Part shown: positions 52,837-64,000 of the stretch, piece after piece
Layout of the letters: every line of letters starts with the position of its first letter
How positions within the stretch are numbered: position 1 is the stretch's first letter
DNA from: Octopus sinensis
Lineage: Eukaryota
DNA: 64,000 bases
Direction of reading: 5' to 3'
Assembly (NCBI RefSeq): GCF_006345805.1
Contig: NC_043015.1
Location: 17,794,001-17,858,000, forward strand
Program-made: the position numbers and the translations under genes
Notes under the pieces: generated by a model
Database searches by the model: none
The model's input: the letters and a program-made list of their open reading frames with translations, nothing else
Told to the model about the DNA's origin: nothing

Positions 52837-53001
52837 GCAGTCGTGCCTGCTTGTCAAGAGCAGGGCTCTTTAGCCACAAATGCAAATATATAAGTTAATC
52901 CTAGAGCGCACAATGTTTGTAAAGGTCAGCAATGGTGTTCCTCCATCACGAGTGGATGGCCATCATGTATATATGTGTCTGTGTATATATATATATATTA
53001 T

Positions 53002-53048
<47 letters not shown>

Positions 53049-53196
53049 GTTGTATACTGTCAACTCAACGTGACAGTCCCGTAAAGGGAATCACACCACT
53101 GCTATTTAGCCCTAGCTTCCTGTTGGCTTTGACACATTTCCTGTGTCCTTATATTTTCAAAGGGGAGGCAAGCACCCCCGCCAGCTAGGATTAGCA

Positions 53197-53242
53197 CCTG
53201 AAGACATGCATGTTTCTGGATCTTGCTCGTCATTAGTCCAGG
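53197..53242 (-). ncRNA. Degenerate type I hammerhead (G5A core change)
   Basis: CCTGGA-CTAATGA-13 nt-GAAA-CATGCATG-TC-TTCAGG: stem I and palindromic stem III intact, stem II decayed. Confidence 0.55.
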
Positions 53243-53254
53243 GTAGCAAGTCAT

Positions 53255-54898
53255 TTTCTCTTTATTATAGGCACAATGGCCTGACTGAAGAGGAGACATA
53301 ACAATACAATACAGGACATGGGGTATATATAATAAAAATAAAAAGGATGATATGAAATGAAATGAATTATTAACAATGAATTAAATGAAATGGCTTACGA
53401 GCCCCCCAAAGCTCGCAGTTTCATTTATATTACAGTTATACTATCTGGGGCGTTCGTCCGTAATGTAAACGAGTAATTCATCTTGCTCTATAACTCCTGG
53501 CAAACTGTCATATCGAATGTAATGCACTATGTGTACAGCTGTATCTGAAAACAAATTTATTAATTTATTTACCGTCTCTTTTTCCACTATTGCAGCCTTT
53601 GTTTTGTCATCGTACATCCTCGGGTTCAATTTTACTCTCGTTAGATTTTTCATTATTGCTAATTTTTTCTCAATTTTGTTATCTTCTGTGTACAATATTA
53701 CAGCTCTGAGATTCTTTCCTTTGGGTCTTCCTCCTTCCTTGCATGTTTTCAGACATCCTTCCACTTTTGTTGACCATTTTATCGCTTCCTCCCAACTTGA
53801 ACCTTCACTCACTTTAGTTGCTGTATCTCTCCCTTCGTGTGTTCGATCGTCTGTCTCGTCAGCATACTTCTTTTTAGTTTTTTTCTTTTTTTGGTCTTTG
53901 GGTGGTGATTCCACCCGTGTTCGCTTTCTATCCTCTTTTTCTTCTGTTCTTTCCTCTTCTTTCTCCTTCACTAACTCGTCGTCACTTTCCATATTATCTC
54001 CTAAATCCTCTGTCAAAGCTCTTATTGCTTCCTCCAATGTCATCTTCTTCTCTTGTATTTCTCCTTCAGGACACACATCTTTCATGTGCCCTCTTTTCTT
54101 ACATTTATAACACACTGGAGGTCTCCTCTCCACTACGACTCTCAGTCGTGTCTCGTCGGGGAACACCAACTCCTCCGGGATGTTATACAAATCTGGCATG
54201 GTTATATGGACTAAGGCTTGCACCGCATAACCCCACCAGTTTATTTCATTCGATCTTTCCACCTTACAGTTGTAGATTATTGCAGCTACTATTCTTTCGG
54301 TATCAAGTTCCGGTGGGATTTTGCTTATTCGTATCCTCACTGATCTTTTCCACAATAACTAGGGAGTAAAACCCATTTTTCCGATCTCAACACTGTCGTT
54401 GCGTTCCTTTTCGCTTCGTCTTCATTTTCGAAGCGAACGTCAACTGTACCGTATTTTCTACCTCTATTGTAGAATGTAGTTCTTCCTTTAATTTCTTGTA
54501 GACATTTTTCAATCTCTTCTACTTCTGCTACTTCTATTCTTTTTGAGACCACATTCCATGTTCTGTATGTTATGGGTTTTTTCTCCGCTTCTTTCACTTC
54601 GTCTTCAGGTGGTGTAACCCTCAGACAGTCTCCTTCATTCTTGAAGCCGTCGTAGTATTTCCTCAAATTCTCCTTCTCGATAATTACTTCTTCCAACTGT
54701 AATTCGTTCGCAGCCAGGCCCCTGTCTGCTGCTCCCGCATAAGTTTGGGCTTGCATATCCAACAAAGAATTCAACAATACGGTGCAACAGTTTTCAACAA
54801 CAATAATCAGCGAAATCCAACTCACAACCACACATCCGAAAAACCGACACAAACACTTCCGCGCGCGAGTCCTGCTAGCTGAGATGGCTGCAACCGCT
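53255..54898 (-). mobile_element. ORF1-only (HAL1-like) derivative of the Tx1/L1 clade
   Basis: Single ORF1 followed directly by a 3' UTR and AATAAA; no ORF2 sequence; TSD not identified. Confidence 0.72.
53441..54756 (-). CDS. LINE ORF1-like protein with CCHC knuckle (one frameshift near 54345)
   Basis: EKCLQEI..GRKYGT..VLLPSYCGKRSVRIRISKIPPE and CYKCKKRGHMKDVCP align with ORF1 at 43.5-44.2 kb. Confidence 0.8.
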
Positions 54899-55179
54899 TT
54901 GCAAATTTATAATATTTTCAGTGAAATTTATTCACTGGTTACCAAAATTAGAAATATTGAATTTCTAATATATATATAATTGAAAACCAAGAGGAGAGTG
55001 GAGATTTATTCACATCCAAAATATTTTTATTTAAAAGTTTTCAACAGCATATATGACAATGACCAACATATGTCTCTACTGCTCTGTATGCAATTATGTA
55101 TTCTAGTCACTGCAGTTGCATCACTTTCGATGTTTTCAAAGTGAACTAATTCAAACAAACTTCCTGCCTTGGTATTCAG

Positions 55180-55318
55180 ACATGGCTGTGTGGTTAAGAT
55201 GGTTTCAAGTTCAGTTCCACTGCATGGCACTTTGGGCAAGTGCCTTCTACTCTACCTGACCCCAGGCTGACCAGTGCCCAGTGAGAGGATTTGGTAGATA
55301 GAAACTGTGGAAGTCTGT

Positions 55319-55359
<41 letters not shown>

Positions 55360-55565
55360 TGTGTGTGTCTTTGTACCCCACCCTCACTACTTGACAACTG
55401 GCATTGGTTTGTTTACATCCCTGTAACTAAGCAGTTCAGCAAAAAAGTCCAACAGAATAAGTACCAGAGTTAAAAAAAATAAGCATTGGGGTTGATTTGT
55501 TTGAGTAAAATCCTTTAAGGCAAAGCCCTAGCATGGCTGCAGTCCAATGACTGAAACAAGTAGAA
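55180..55565 (+). mobile_element. tRNA-headed SINE with internal (TG)n; related inverted 3' part at about 40460-40690
   Basis: TGGCTGTGTGGTTAAG..GTTCAGTTCC head; tail GTTTACATCCCTGT..AGAATAAGTAC shared with 40570-40630 (minus). Confidence 0.65.
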
Positions 55566-56579
55566 GAGAGTGGTGTACCAAAGATTATACCATTCAATGT
55601 GTTCTAATGCTCTTCTTGAGTCATTGCAAGTGAACATGTGCAATAAAGACATGAGTAGACAAGAAGCTCCAGAGTGATACCATTCAGAGAAGGATTGAGC
55701 ATAATTTTTAGAGAAGAAGAGAGACAAGGATAAGAAATGCCTGATTGAGATGGTGCAAACCTCAGCCAGGTCTGAAGATAATAAGTTGTAATTTTGTTGT
55801 TTATACCTAAAACATGGACTGCTTGTTTATACCCAAGAAATGGACTTGCTGTTTGTACTCAAGAAATGTGCAACGCACAGGTTATAATTATTTATATAAT
55901 ATAATAATTTAAATGTATGTTAAAGAGAATTTAATAACACAAACTGTCTGCATAAACAATTAATTTTTTTTTTGTTTTTGTGCCTAGGTCAGACACTCAG
56001 ACGCTTTTGGAAATTCACGATGTGAATTTTCTGAGTCCTCTCCCCCACCCCACCTTTAGCGAGCGCGCATTTTTTTGTCATATTCGTTTAGAGGAAGTTG
56101 TTTTACACCTATTACACTTTTTTTTGTTTTTATGACCGAGTCAAACGCTTTAATTTGACCCGATATTTTTATGCCTACAATTAGAGTTAAGCGAACAAAT
56201 TCTGTTTCTTGCACAATTGCATTTAATAGTTCGACTACTTATTAATAGTATTTGCTTTATGCTCTCTGAATGTGATTTCTATATTTTCCTGTCTTCTAAG
56301 CTATCAGTCTTTTGAACATAGACAACATTCTGAGAACTATGTTTTTTAGGATTCACATCTACTTCCAAGCGATCCCATTTGACACGAGGTACGCAGTGAA
56401 ACTGTTCAGACAAGGTCAATTTGTTGGAGAGAGTGAGCTAATGTATGGCACATACATTTGATCACTTTAAACAAATCAATTTGTGTAAGTTGTCGGCAAA
56501 AATTATGGTCCCACCTCGTCTTTGACGAGAGGGACCATAATATGTATGCATATATATATATATATATATATATATAAGT

Positions 56580-58053
56580 TCAGCAAAAATTTAGATTCAA
56601 ATGAATACGGTACTTAATTTAGATGCACCAGAATTTTGTATGATGTTATCCATAAAAATCCGTGGGGTGATTATAATCAAAATAAGCAACAAGAATGACT
56701 CCGGTAATTTGGTACGATCATTTCGTATTACATCATTTTATTAAATGTTGTAAGTATTACAACAGATTTAAGATGCTGAGTACTCATCAGCCAATTATAG
56801 AGGTTTTCCATTAATACAAAAATTTTCAAATCAAGTGGCAACATTATAGAGAAGGTAGATATATAGACAAAAGATGTGGATTTAAATTTTAAGAACATAT
56901 GAGGTAGTGGAGTCCCTCCACTGACTGACTAAGATTTGATTGTTCCAGACTGCTGTAAGGTTGTGAGAGGGAGAAGTGAGTTGAAGGAAGCAATAAAGAT
57001 TTTCTAATTGTAAAAATGGGGTAAAGGGGGTTTCAGAACTCTATAAAAGGAATTCATGTGGAAGACAACAATTGTCACTACTAAATGCCAATTACTACTA
57101 TTTGATGAGAGAACTAGGTTAATGTCAAGTGGTCACAATCACATTCACAGAGAGTGCAATTTGGAGGGAAAAAAGACTATCACTTATTACGAGTAGGCAT
57201 AGTACTTTTTAACTGGGGGAAAGCCTTATTAATTTTAAAGCCAGTTTAATTTTAGAAAAAATAATTCAATTTCAAGTTTGCAGTGAAGTTTTTTTAGTCA
57301 TCTATGAATGTTAAATTGAAAGCCAGTATGGTATATTCCTTCTTATTTGATTATAGAGAATTAAAATTTGAAAAATATAGGAATACTCACAAAATTATTA
57401 TTTAAAGTATTTAAACGTTCGGGTTGTACGATGTATACAAGAGTATCCCAACTCCAAACGGTTATTCAACAGATTTGTATTACTCTGATGTTTCAAAATT
57501 TCATAAGTTTCCATAGAACAAAGTTGACAACCATCCCTACTATTTCTATAAGGTTGCGCCCTTCTTACTATATCCCATTTTAGGTTGAATTCTATATCAT
57601 TTGTTTTTAGTTCCCAAATTTTGCTAGATAATGTTGTGCAACCTGCCTTATGTTTGAGCCTAAAAGAGGAAAAATGATTGTTAAGACGTCTTTTAAAATC
57701 CACCGAACAACCGAAATAAAGAAAGCTATTGTTAGAAGTTATTATCGTGCATTTATAAATTACGTTTTGGACCGAACAACGACCAGATACCGGACATTTT
57801 GATCTAATCCTACAATTATAACTGGGGGGATAGTGTCCGGTACTGGAATTATTTAAGGACAGTTCACTTTCATAACTGTTATTTAAATTATTATTAATAT
57901 TAGTATTATTTTCATTATTAGTAATTACGTTGTTATGCAAATTAGGGTTACTAGTTATTAATCCAGCCTCACCATCATCACCTACCATACTTTTATCTAT
58001 ACTACCTATATTATTGGTATTGTTATTATCACTATTTATATCAATGTTGTTGT
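56580..58053 (-). mobile_element. Penelope-like element 3' part with intact GIY-YIG frame (57398-58053)
   Basis: Asn-rich linker, CRIRSKCPVSGRCSVQNVIYKC, YFG..FKRRLNNHFSSF, TTLSSKIWELK, CQLCSME, LLN..E..CIH; cut upstream by the Gypsy insertion. Confidence 0.85.
56705..56797 (-). ncRNA. Type I hammerhead ribozyme motif with long stem II
   Basis: TAATTGG-CTGATGA-GTA..(about 60 nt)..TAC-GAAA-TGATC-GTA-CCAAATTA. Confidence 0.72.
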
Positions 58054-61000
58054 TGTAAGCAATATGAACGCACGTGGTCGCATTGTGTAGGGAATACGAT
58101 CGCACGTGGTCATATTCTTAAAGAATTATTACAAGCCATAAATACATGCAGTAACAACAGAACATAAGTGAATTGACGACAAGTCTTGCTGTGGAGAGAT
58201 AAATATTATTTATTTTACAACCGTGTCAATGTTAGGAGTTCGTAAGCGTTAACACGTGTGTGCGCATGCAACACGTGTTTGTGTCTGTGTGTTCGTGTGT
58301 GTGACAGAATAATCAGAGTGAATGCGTTTGGCATAGAAGGGCACAGAACATAGAATATATAATGGAAATTGGTTTACTGTTCGTATGGCGAAGACTTTGG
58401 AAACGACTTGAAGTTGATACGTGATGGTGGGGACGGCGAAGATAGTAGGCTTTCAGTGATTGTGTAGCGTCGTAGCAGGAACAATCGTATATCGCTTGGT
58501 TGAGTAGCGCTGTGGTCTAAAGTTAGTTCTTAGAAGAACTGGAACCAAAGACAAAAAGTGTCTGAAAACACTCCTTTATATACCGGTTGGGTGGCTCAAA
58601 CGAGCCTCAGAAATGGAATCTTAACCAAAGGCCGTGATTGGTTGTTTCGGGACAGTGGCGCGAAAATAAGTGGAGACAAATCGCGTCACGTGTCAACCAA
58701 TCAGGTTAGTGTTTACAACAGGAACAAGTTGGCCAAAGATGGCTGTAACCTCAAACGAGATCATTTCTGCCTTGCCTTTCAAATAGTGAAGATATTAGAA
58801 ATCGCTATAGTCATATTTCAAAATGGCTGAAACTGCCACGCTACATCAGCCTCTCGCCAGAAAAATTGTTACAATTTTGCGAAGGAAATTCGTTATACAT
58901 ATATATATATATAAAATGCATTTACAAGTTTAAAACATATGAATTTAGTCTTTCCAATCGGCTTACGTTTATCATGTTCGTACATTGTTCCTCTCCTTTC
59001 ACCGAAAAAAAAAATAATGTTTTTTTTTCTTTTTTTCTTTTTATATAATCCATGAATATAAACCAAATCTTTCCTTTTTTTTATAAAATCCTCAAACAAA
59101 CTGAGAAAGTTTTCTTGGGAAATGGACAGTTCTACCACTTCTAGTTTTTTTTTATCTGTAGGTGATTTTAGAATTGATTTCGCTTTTCCCTCAACATCGG
59201 ATTTGTCTTTTTCTATATCATTTTGTTTCAACATTTTAAATTTTAAAGCAGTTGAATCGGAATTTTTATATAAAGAAAATTCTTTATCCGTAACTTGATC
59301 CTTAGACATTTCTTCCAAATTTATAGTGTTTAATGAGTTTAATGCATCTACATTCATTCTAGAAAGTGCATCCGCTGCTGAATTTTCGACCCCCTTGATA
59401 TTACGTATATCCACAGTAAACTGTGAAATAAAATCAAGGCGTCTAATTTCTCTAGGAGAATATTTCTCCGAAGAATTTTTTAACGCATATGTTAATGGTT
59501 TATGGTCAGTGAATAAAGTAAATGACCTACCTTCAAGAAGATGTCTGAAATGTTTAATTGACAAATAAGCTGCCAACAATTCTCTGCCGAACACATTGTA
59601 TTTAGGTTCTGGTGCCTTGAATTTTTTTGAAAAAAATGCTAATGGTTGCCAGGAATTACAATGAAATTGCTGTATAACGCCATCAATTCCAACATCGGAA
59701 GCATCAACCATTATTGATAATTTTGCTTCAGGAACCTGATGGTTTAAAAGCGTTGCTTTACACAGATTTTCTCTAATTTCTTTAAAAGCTTGTAATTCTG
59801 TCTCTTTTAAAGTTATGGCTTCATTTTTTCCTTCCTATTTTTCAATAGCTCAGTTAAGGGATATAGGGTTTCCGTAACTTTAAGAATAAACTTTCAGTAA
59901 AAATTAACTATCCCTAAAAATTCTCTGAGCTTCCTTAAATTATTTGGTACAGGAAAGTTTTTTATTGCTTCAACTTTTTCTGGTAATGGGCGAATTCCAT
60001 CTTTATCTATAAGATGACCCAAAAAAGATATAGTTGTTTCACCAAAAACACACTTCGAGGGATTTATCACAATGCCAAAATTCGTCAATCTTTCGAAAAT
60101 TTTTTTAATGTTTTTCATGTGCTTCTTCTGATGGACTAGCAATGAGAATATCATCTATATAAGCAAAAACGAAAGGTAAATCTCGTGTTACCTCGTCCAT
60201 GAATCTTTGAAAAGTATTTGCTGCGTTCCTCAATCCGAAAGGCATGCGAAGAAATTCAAACAAACCAAATGGAGTGGTAATGGCTGTCTTCGGTATATCA
60301 TTTTCTGCCACAGGTATTTGATTGTATGCCCTGACTAAATCAACGTTTGAAAAAATAGTACAACCACTCAAAGAAGTTGCAAAATCCATAATGTGGGGTA
60401 TCGGATATTTGTCTGCTTTTGTTTTCGCATTCAGTTGTCTGAAATCTCCACAAGGTCGCCAGTCTATCAGATTTTTCTTTACCATAACTAATGGTGTTGA
60501 CCAGCTGCTACTGGAAGGACGGATTATACCCAGATCCATCATATGCCGAAATTCTGCCTTAGCTACTTTCAATTTTTCCGGAGATAATCTTCTCGGCTTA
60601 GAAAAACTTGGTTCTTCGTTGTTAAATAATTTTGCGAATTCTTTTTGCTTAGAACTTGACGTACGCTTCAATATTTCTTCTTTAATGGATGAATACGAAA
60701 CTGGTTTCATAGGGTTCAGCAGCAAATCCCTGATTTCATTGCTTAGAGGTGGAGGCAAATTACTAAGCATGATGTTGTACTTCTGTTTTTCATTTATTAT
60801 TCTGTTAGCTTGCCTCTAGTTGTGCCAACCAAATTACGGTGTCTCCAGTCCACGGAGGACAATTCAATACATTGACAGAAGCTTGTGTGTAACTTCTGTC
60901 GAAGTATGATGCCTCGAATTCTTTTTTTTCTTGCTCCATTATATTTGTGAATATATATATTTTTTGTTTTTTCGTTTTTCTTAAAAAGGTTTTTTCTTCA

Positions 61001-61097
61001 GCGTTCTCTTGTGTCAATAATTCCTTGACTTATGCTTATTACTGTCTGCGTAGTATATACGAATGGCTGCGTATTCGGATGAAACTGCCACGCTACA
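58054..61097 (-). mobile_element. Internally deleted Ty3/Gypsy LTR retrotransposon
   Basis: TSD TTGT (58050-58053, 61098-61101); 3' LTR 58054-58845 preceded by purine-rich GGCGAGAGGCTGA; gag, RT ([14 protein letters not shown]) and RNase H (DAS, RELLA, TDHKPL, ADALSR) pieces; no protease or integrase seen. Confidence 0.88.
58893..60940 (-). pseudogene. Gypsy gag/RT/RNase H remnant
   Basis: ORFs 60805-61017, 60105-60770, 59894-60154 and 58893-59711. Confidence 0.88.
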
Positions 61098-61118
61098 TTG
61101 TTATTATTATTATTATTC

Positions 61119-64000
61119 AGTAGTTTTATTTTTATAGCGTGCTTTCACTTCACTACCGAGCGCAGCTCTGTGTGCCTTGGGTATGTGCTGTGATTTGTTG
61201 TGATGCTCTGATGGTTATTGTATGGAAAGTGTTCTGCGTAGGATGTGTGCAGTGCCTAGTAGTGCAATTTTCTGTATGTTATATGTGTTTGTAAGTCCTG
61301 GTGTTTTTGTTATGTATTTGTCTGAATATTTTTTTTATCATGCCTAATGCGCCTACTATGATAGGAATTGTTTCTGTTTTCAGGTTCCACATTCTAGTTA
61401 CCTCTATTTCCAGGTCTTTGTATTTTGAGAGTTTCTCCATTTCTTTTAGAGACACGTTGTCATCTGCCGGTATTGATACATCAATTAGAAAGCATTTTTT
61501 TTCTTCATGATCTCTGACAACTATATCTGGTCTGTTGGCCTTAATTTCTCTATCTGTGTGTATCGGCATATCCCAGAGTATGGTTGCTTTCTCGTTTTCT
61601 GTGACCTTTTCTGGTGTGTGCCTATACCATCTTATTTCTGTTGTTATTCCATAATGTTGGCATAGCTTCCAATGTATGTAGGTTCCAACTCTGTCATGTC
61701 TGTGAATATATTCCTTCTTAGCCAGGACTGGGCAGCTAGAGATAATATGATTTATTGTTTCTTGTCCATCTCCACATATTCTGTAGTTACTTGTAATATT
61801 TCTTTTCATTACATGTTTTTGGTAATTTCTGGTGGGGAGGCTTTGGTCTTGTGCTGCAATTAAAAATCCCTCTGTTTCTGCTTTGAGTCCTGAGCTTCTC
61901 AACCATTGCTGGGATTTTTCTTTGTCTATTTCTTTAGTTTAGTGCAGTATTTACCATGAAGGGGCTTTTCTTGCCATCGTTTTATCATGGCTCGTTCCTG
62001 TTCTATTTTTAGTTTGGATTTCATTTGTTTTATAGCTTTTGTTGTTTCTTCATCATCTTCTTCTTCTTCTTTGTGTTTATTAGGTGGTATGATTTCTTGT
62101 TTGTATTTGTCAGCTTCCTTAAATACTGAGAACAGTTTTTTGTTTTGCTCGTGTTTTGCTGCTATCTGGATCAGTTTTCCTTCCTTCTGAAGTAGGTATT
62201 TTTGCAGTCCTATGGTGGTTATTTTATAGTAGTTTTCCAGCTGTATAAGGCCTCTACCACCTTCTATACGTTGTATATATAGTCTTTCTATGTCAGATTT
62301 TGGGTGATGCATCCTAGATCCTGTCAGTATTTTTCTTGTTTTCCTATCTATTTTGGACAGTTCATTTCGTGTCCAGTTAAGGATATTGTAGCTGTAACTT
62401 ATAACTGGGACAGCTAAAGTGTTGATACCTATTATCTTGTTTTTAGCATTGAGCTCTGTTTTTAGTATTGATCTAACTCGTCTATAATATTCTTTTTTTA
62501 TTTTCTCTTTCATTTGTGTGCGTTGTGTCTTATCTAGTTCATGGATTCCTAAGTATTTGTAAGTTTGGCTTTGGTCTAATTCTTTTATTTCATTGGTTTT
62601 ATCTAGTGTGATGTTGTTACTCTTAACTAGTTTTCCTCTTTTCATGGTTACTTTGGCGCATTTTTCTAATCCATATTTCATATCTATTTCTTTGGTAAAT
62701 CCATGAACTGTCTTTAATAGTGTTTCCAGCTGTTTGTCATATGCAGCGTATAGTTTTAGGTCATCCATATATAAAAGGTGGCTGATCGTTTTGCCGTAAC
62801 ATTTATATCCGCATCCAGTTCTATTTAGCATATCAGATAGAGGTGACAGTGCCAAGCAGAAAAGGAGTGGAGAGAGCGTGTCTCCCTGGAATATTCCTCT
62901 TCTAATGGGGATGTCTTTGGTTTTCATGAGTCCCTCTTTTGTTTGGAGGTGTAGGATGTTTGCCATTTATTCATAGAGTGCTCTATGAATTTTATGATTC
63001 TTGGTGCTACTTTGTTAATGGCTAGTGTTCGAGGATCCATGTGTGGGGGATGCTATCAAACGCCTTTTTGTAGTCAATCCAGGCCATACTGAGGCCTTTC
63101 TTCTTTCTGTGGCTGTCTTCAGTTACGGCTTTATTAATCATTAGTTGATCTTTACAGCCATATGAGCCCTTGCGGCATCCTTTCTGCTCTTCTGGGAACA
63201 GTTTGTTTTCGTCCAGGTGCTTGTTCAGCCTTTGCGATATCACTGAAGTAAATGCTTTGAACATAGTAGGGAGGCAGGTTATTGGTCTGTAGTTTTCTGG
63301 TTTTGTTGTTTCATTTGATTTGGGAATTAAGATGGTTTTCCCCTTCGTGAGCCAGTCAGGTATTGTCCTGGCTCTGCTAGTATGCTGTTAAAGTTTTCAG
63401 CCAGCTTTTTGTGCATTCCTGTTAGATATTTCAACCAGAAGTTGGGGATCTTGTCATGCCCAGGTGCCTTCCAGTTGCTTAGTTTTTGCAGTGCTGGGTG
63501 ACCTCTTCAGTTGTTATGGGGGTCCAAAGTTGTTCAGATGCCGAGTTATTATTTTCATACTCCTTTTTTTTGGCTGTTCGTTCGCCAACCATATTTCTTC
63601 CAGAATTCTTCCAATTCTTCTGCCGTTGGTGCTGCAGTGACTTCTATTTTATTTTTGCCCAGTTCTTGGTAGAACTTTTTGGGGTCGGAGTTGAACTTTT
63701 TGTTCTGTTCAAAGAAGCGTTGGCGTTTCTCGTACCGGCGGATCCTTTGAGCTTTGGCAAGGATATCTTGCTTCAGCTTTTCTTTTATCTCCGGCAAATC
63801 TTTTTCTGTGATGTTATATTTGCGGAGCATTTTTGTTCTCTTTTTGTTGCTCAGTAGCGTTGCTTGTTTGCTGATTTCATTAAGAATCGACAGGTCTTTT
63901 CTAATTTTTTTATTTTGTTTGGATGTTATTTATCCACAGGGTTTGTTTGGGTGGTGGTACTCCTGTTTGGGCGGGTTTGGGTGAGTATCCAGCTTCTTTT
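61119..64000 (-). mobile_element. R4/Dong-like LINE (RT + CCHC + restriction-like endonuclease), frameshifted, runs off the window
   Basis: WIDYKKAFDSIPH, GIFQGDTLSPLLF, LYMDDLKLY, RHDRV, ILWD, NRPDIVV, LIDVSIP, K..KY; 3' end abuts (TAA)n. Confidence 0.9.

Noticed and set aside
53112-54880. CTAGCT as TSD of the ORF1-only element
   Set aside because: The left copy lies about 140 bp beyond the AATAAA-defined 3' end, inside a different unit; likely chance.
58054-58105. N-terminus of the 235-aa GIY-YIG ORF as a genuine start of a stand-alone nuclease gene
   Set aside because: These codons come from the inserted LTR end; the ORF is a truncated Penelope-like C-terminus.

Overview
AT-rich, repeat-dense eukaryotic DNA, most likely an octopus or other coleoid cephalopod (inferred from the repeat families, not proven). 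The only host gene I can support is the 3' half of a CREB3L1/CREB3L2 (OASIS/CrebA)-type membrane-tethered bZIP factor on the + strand. It has six coding exons (4759-16219) encoding the bZIP, TM segment and S1P RxxL site, followed by a probable long 3' UTR. The rest is nested mobile DNA: Gypsy LTRs and a deleted Gypsy, Tigger, Tc1, mariner, modular non-autonomous Helitrons (one tandem pair carries a piggyBac fragment), a full-length Tx1/L1-clade LINE split by a Helitron, an ORF1-only relative of that LINE, RTE, CR1 and R4/Dong LINEs, Penelope-like GIY-YIG remnants with hammerhead motifs, and SINEs. The most striking object is 1480-2915. It is one Gypsy LTR plus exactly 18 nt of tRNA-Trp primer-binding site, followed by an inverted 395-bp copy of the LTR's own 5' end, integrated with TG..CA ends and a 4-bp TSD. 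It looks like a folded-back plus-strand strong-stop DNA that became a TIR-type element. Coordinates were read by eye and may be off by a few bases.
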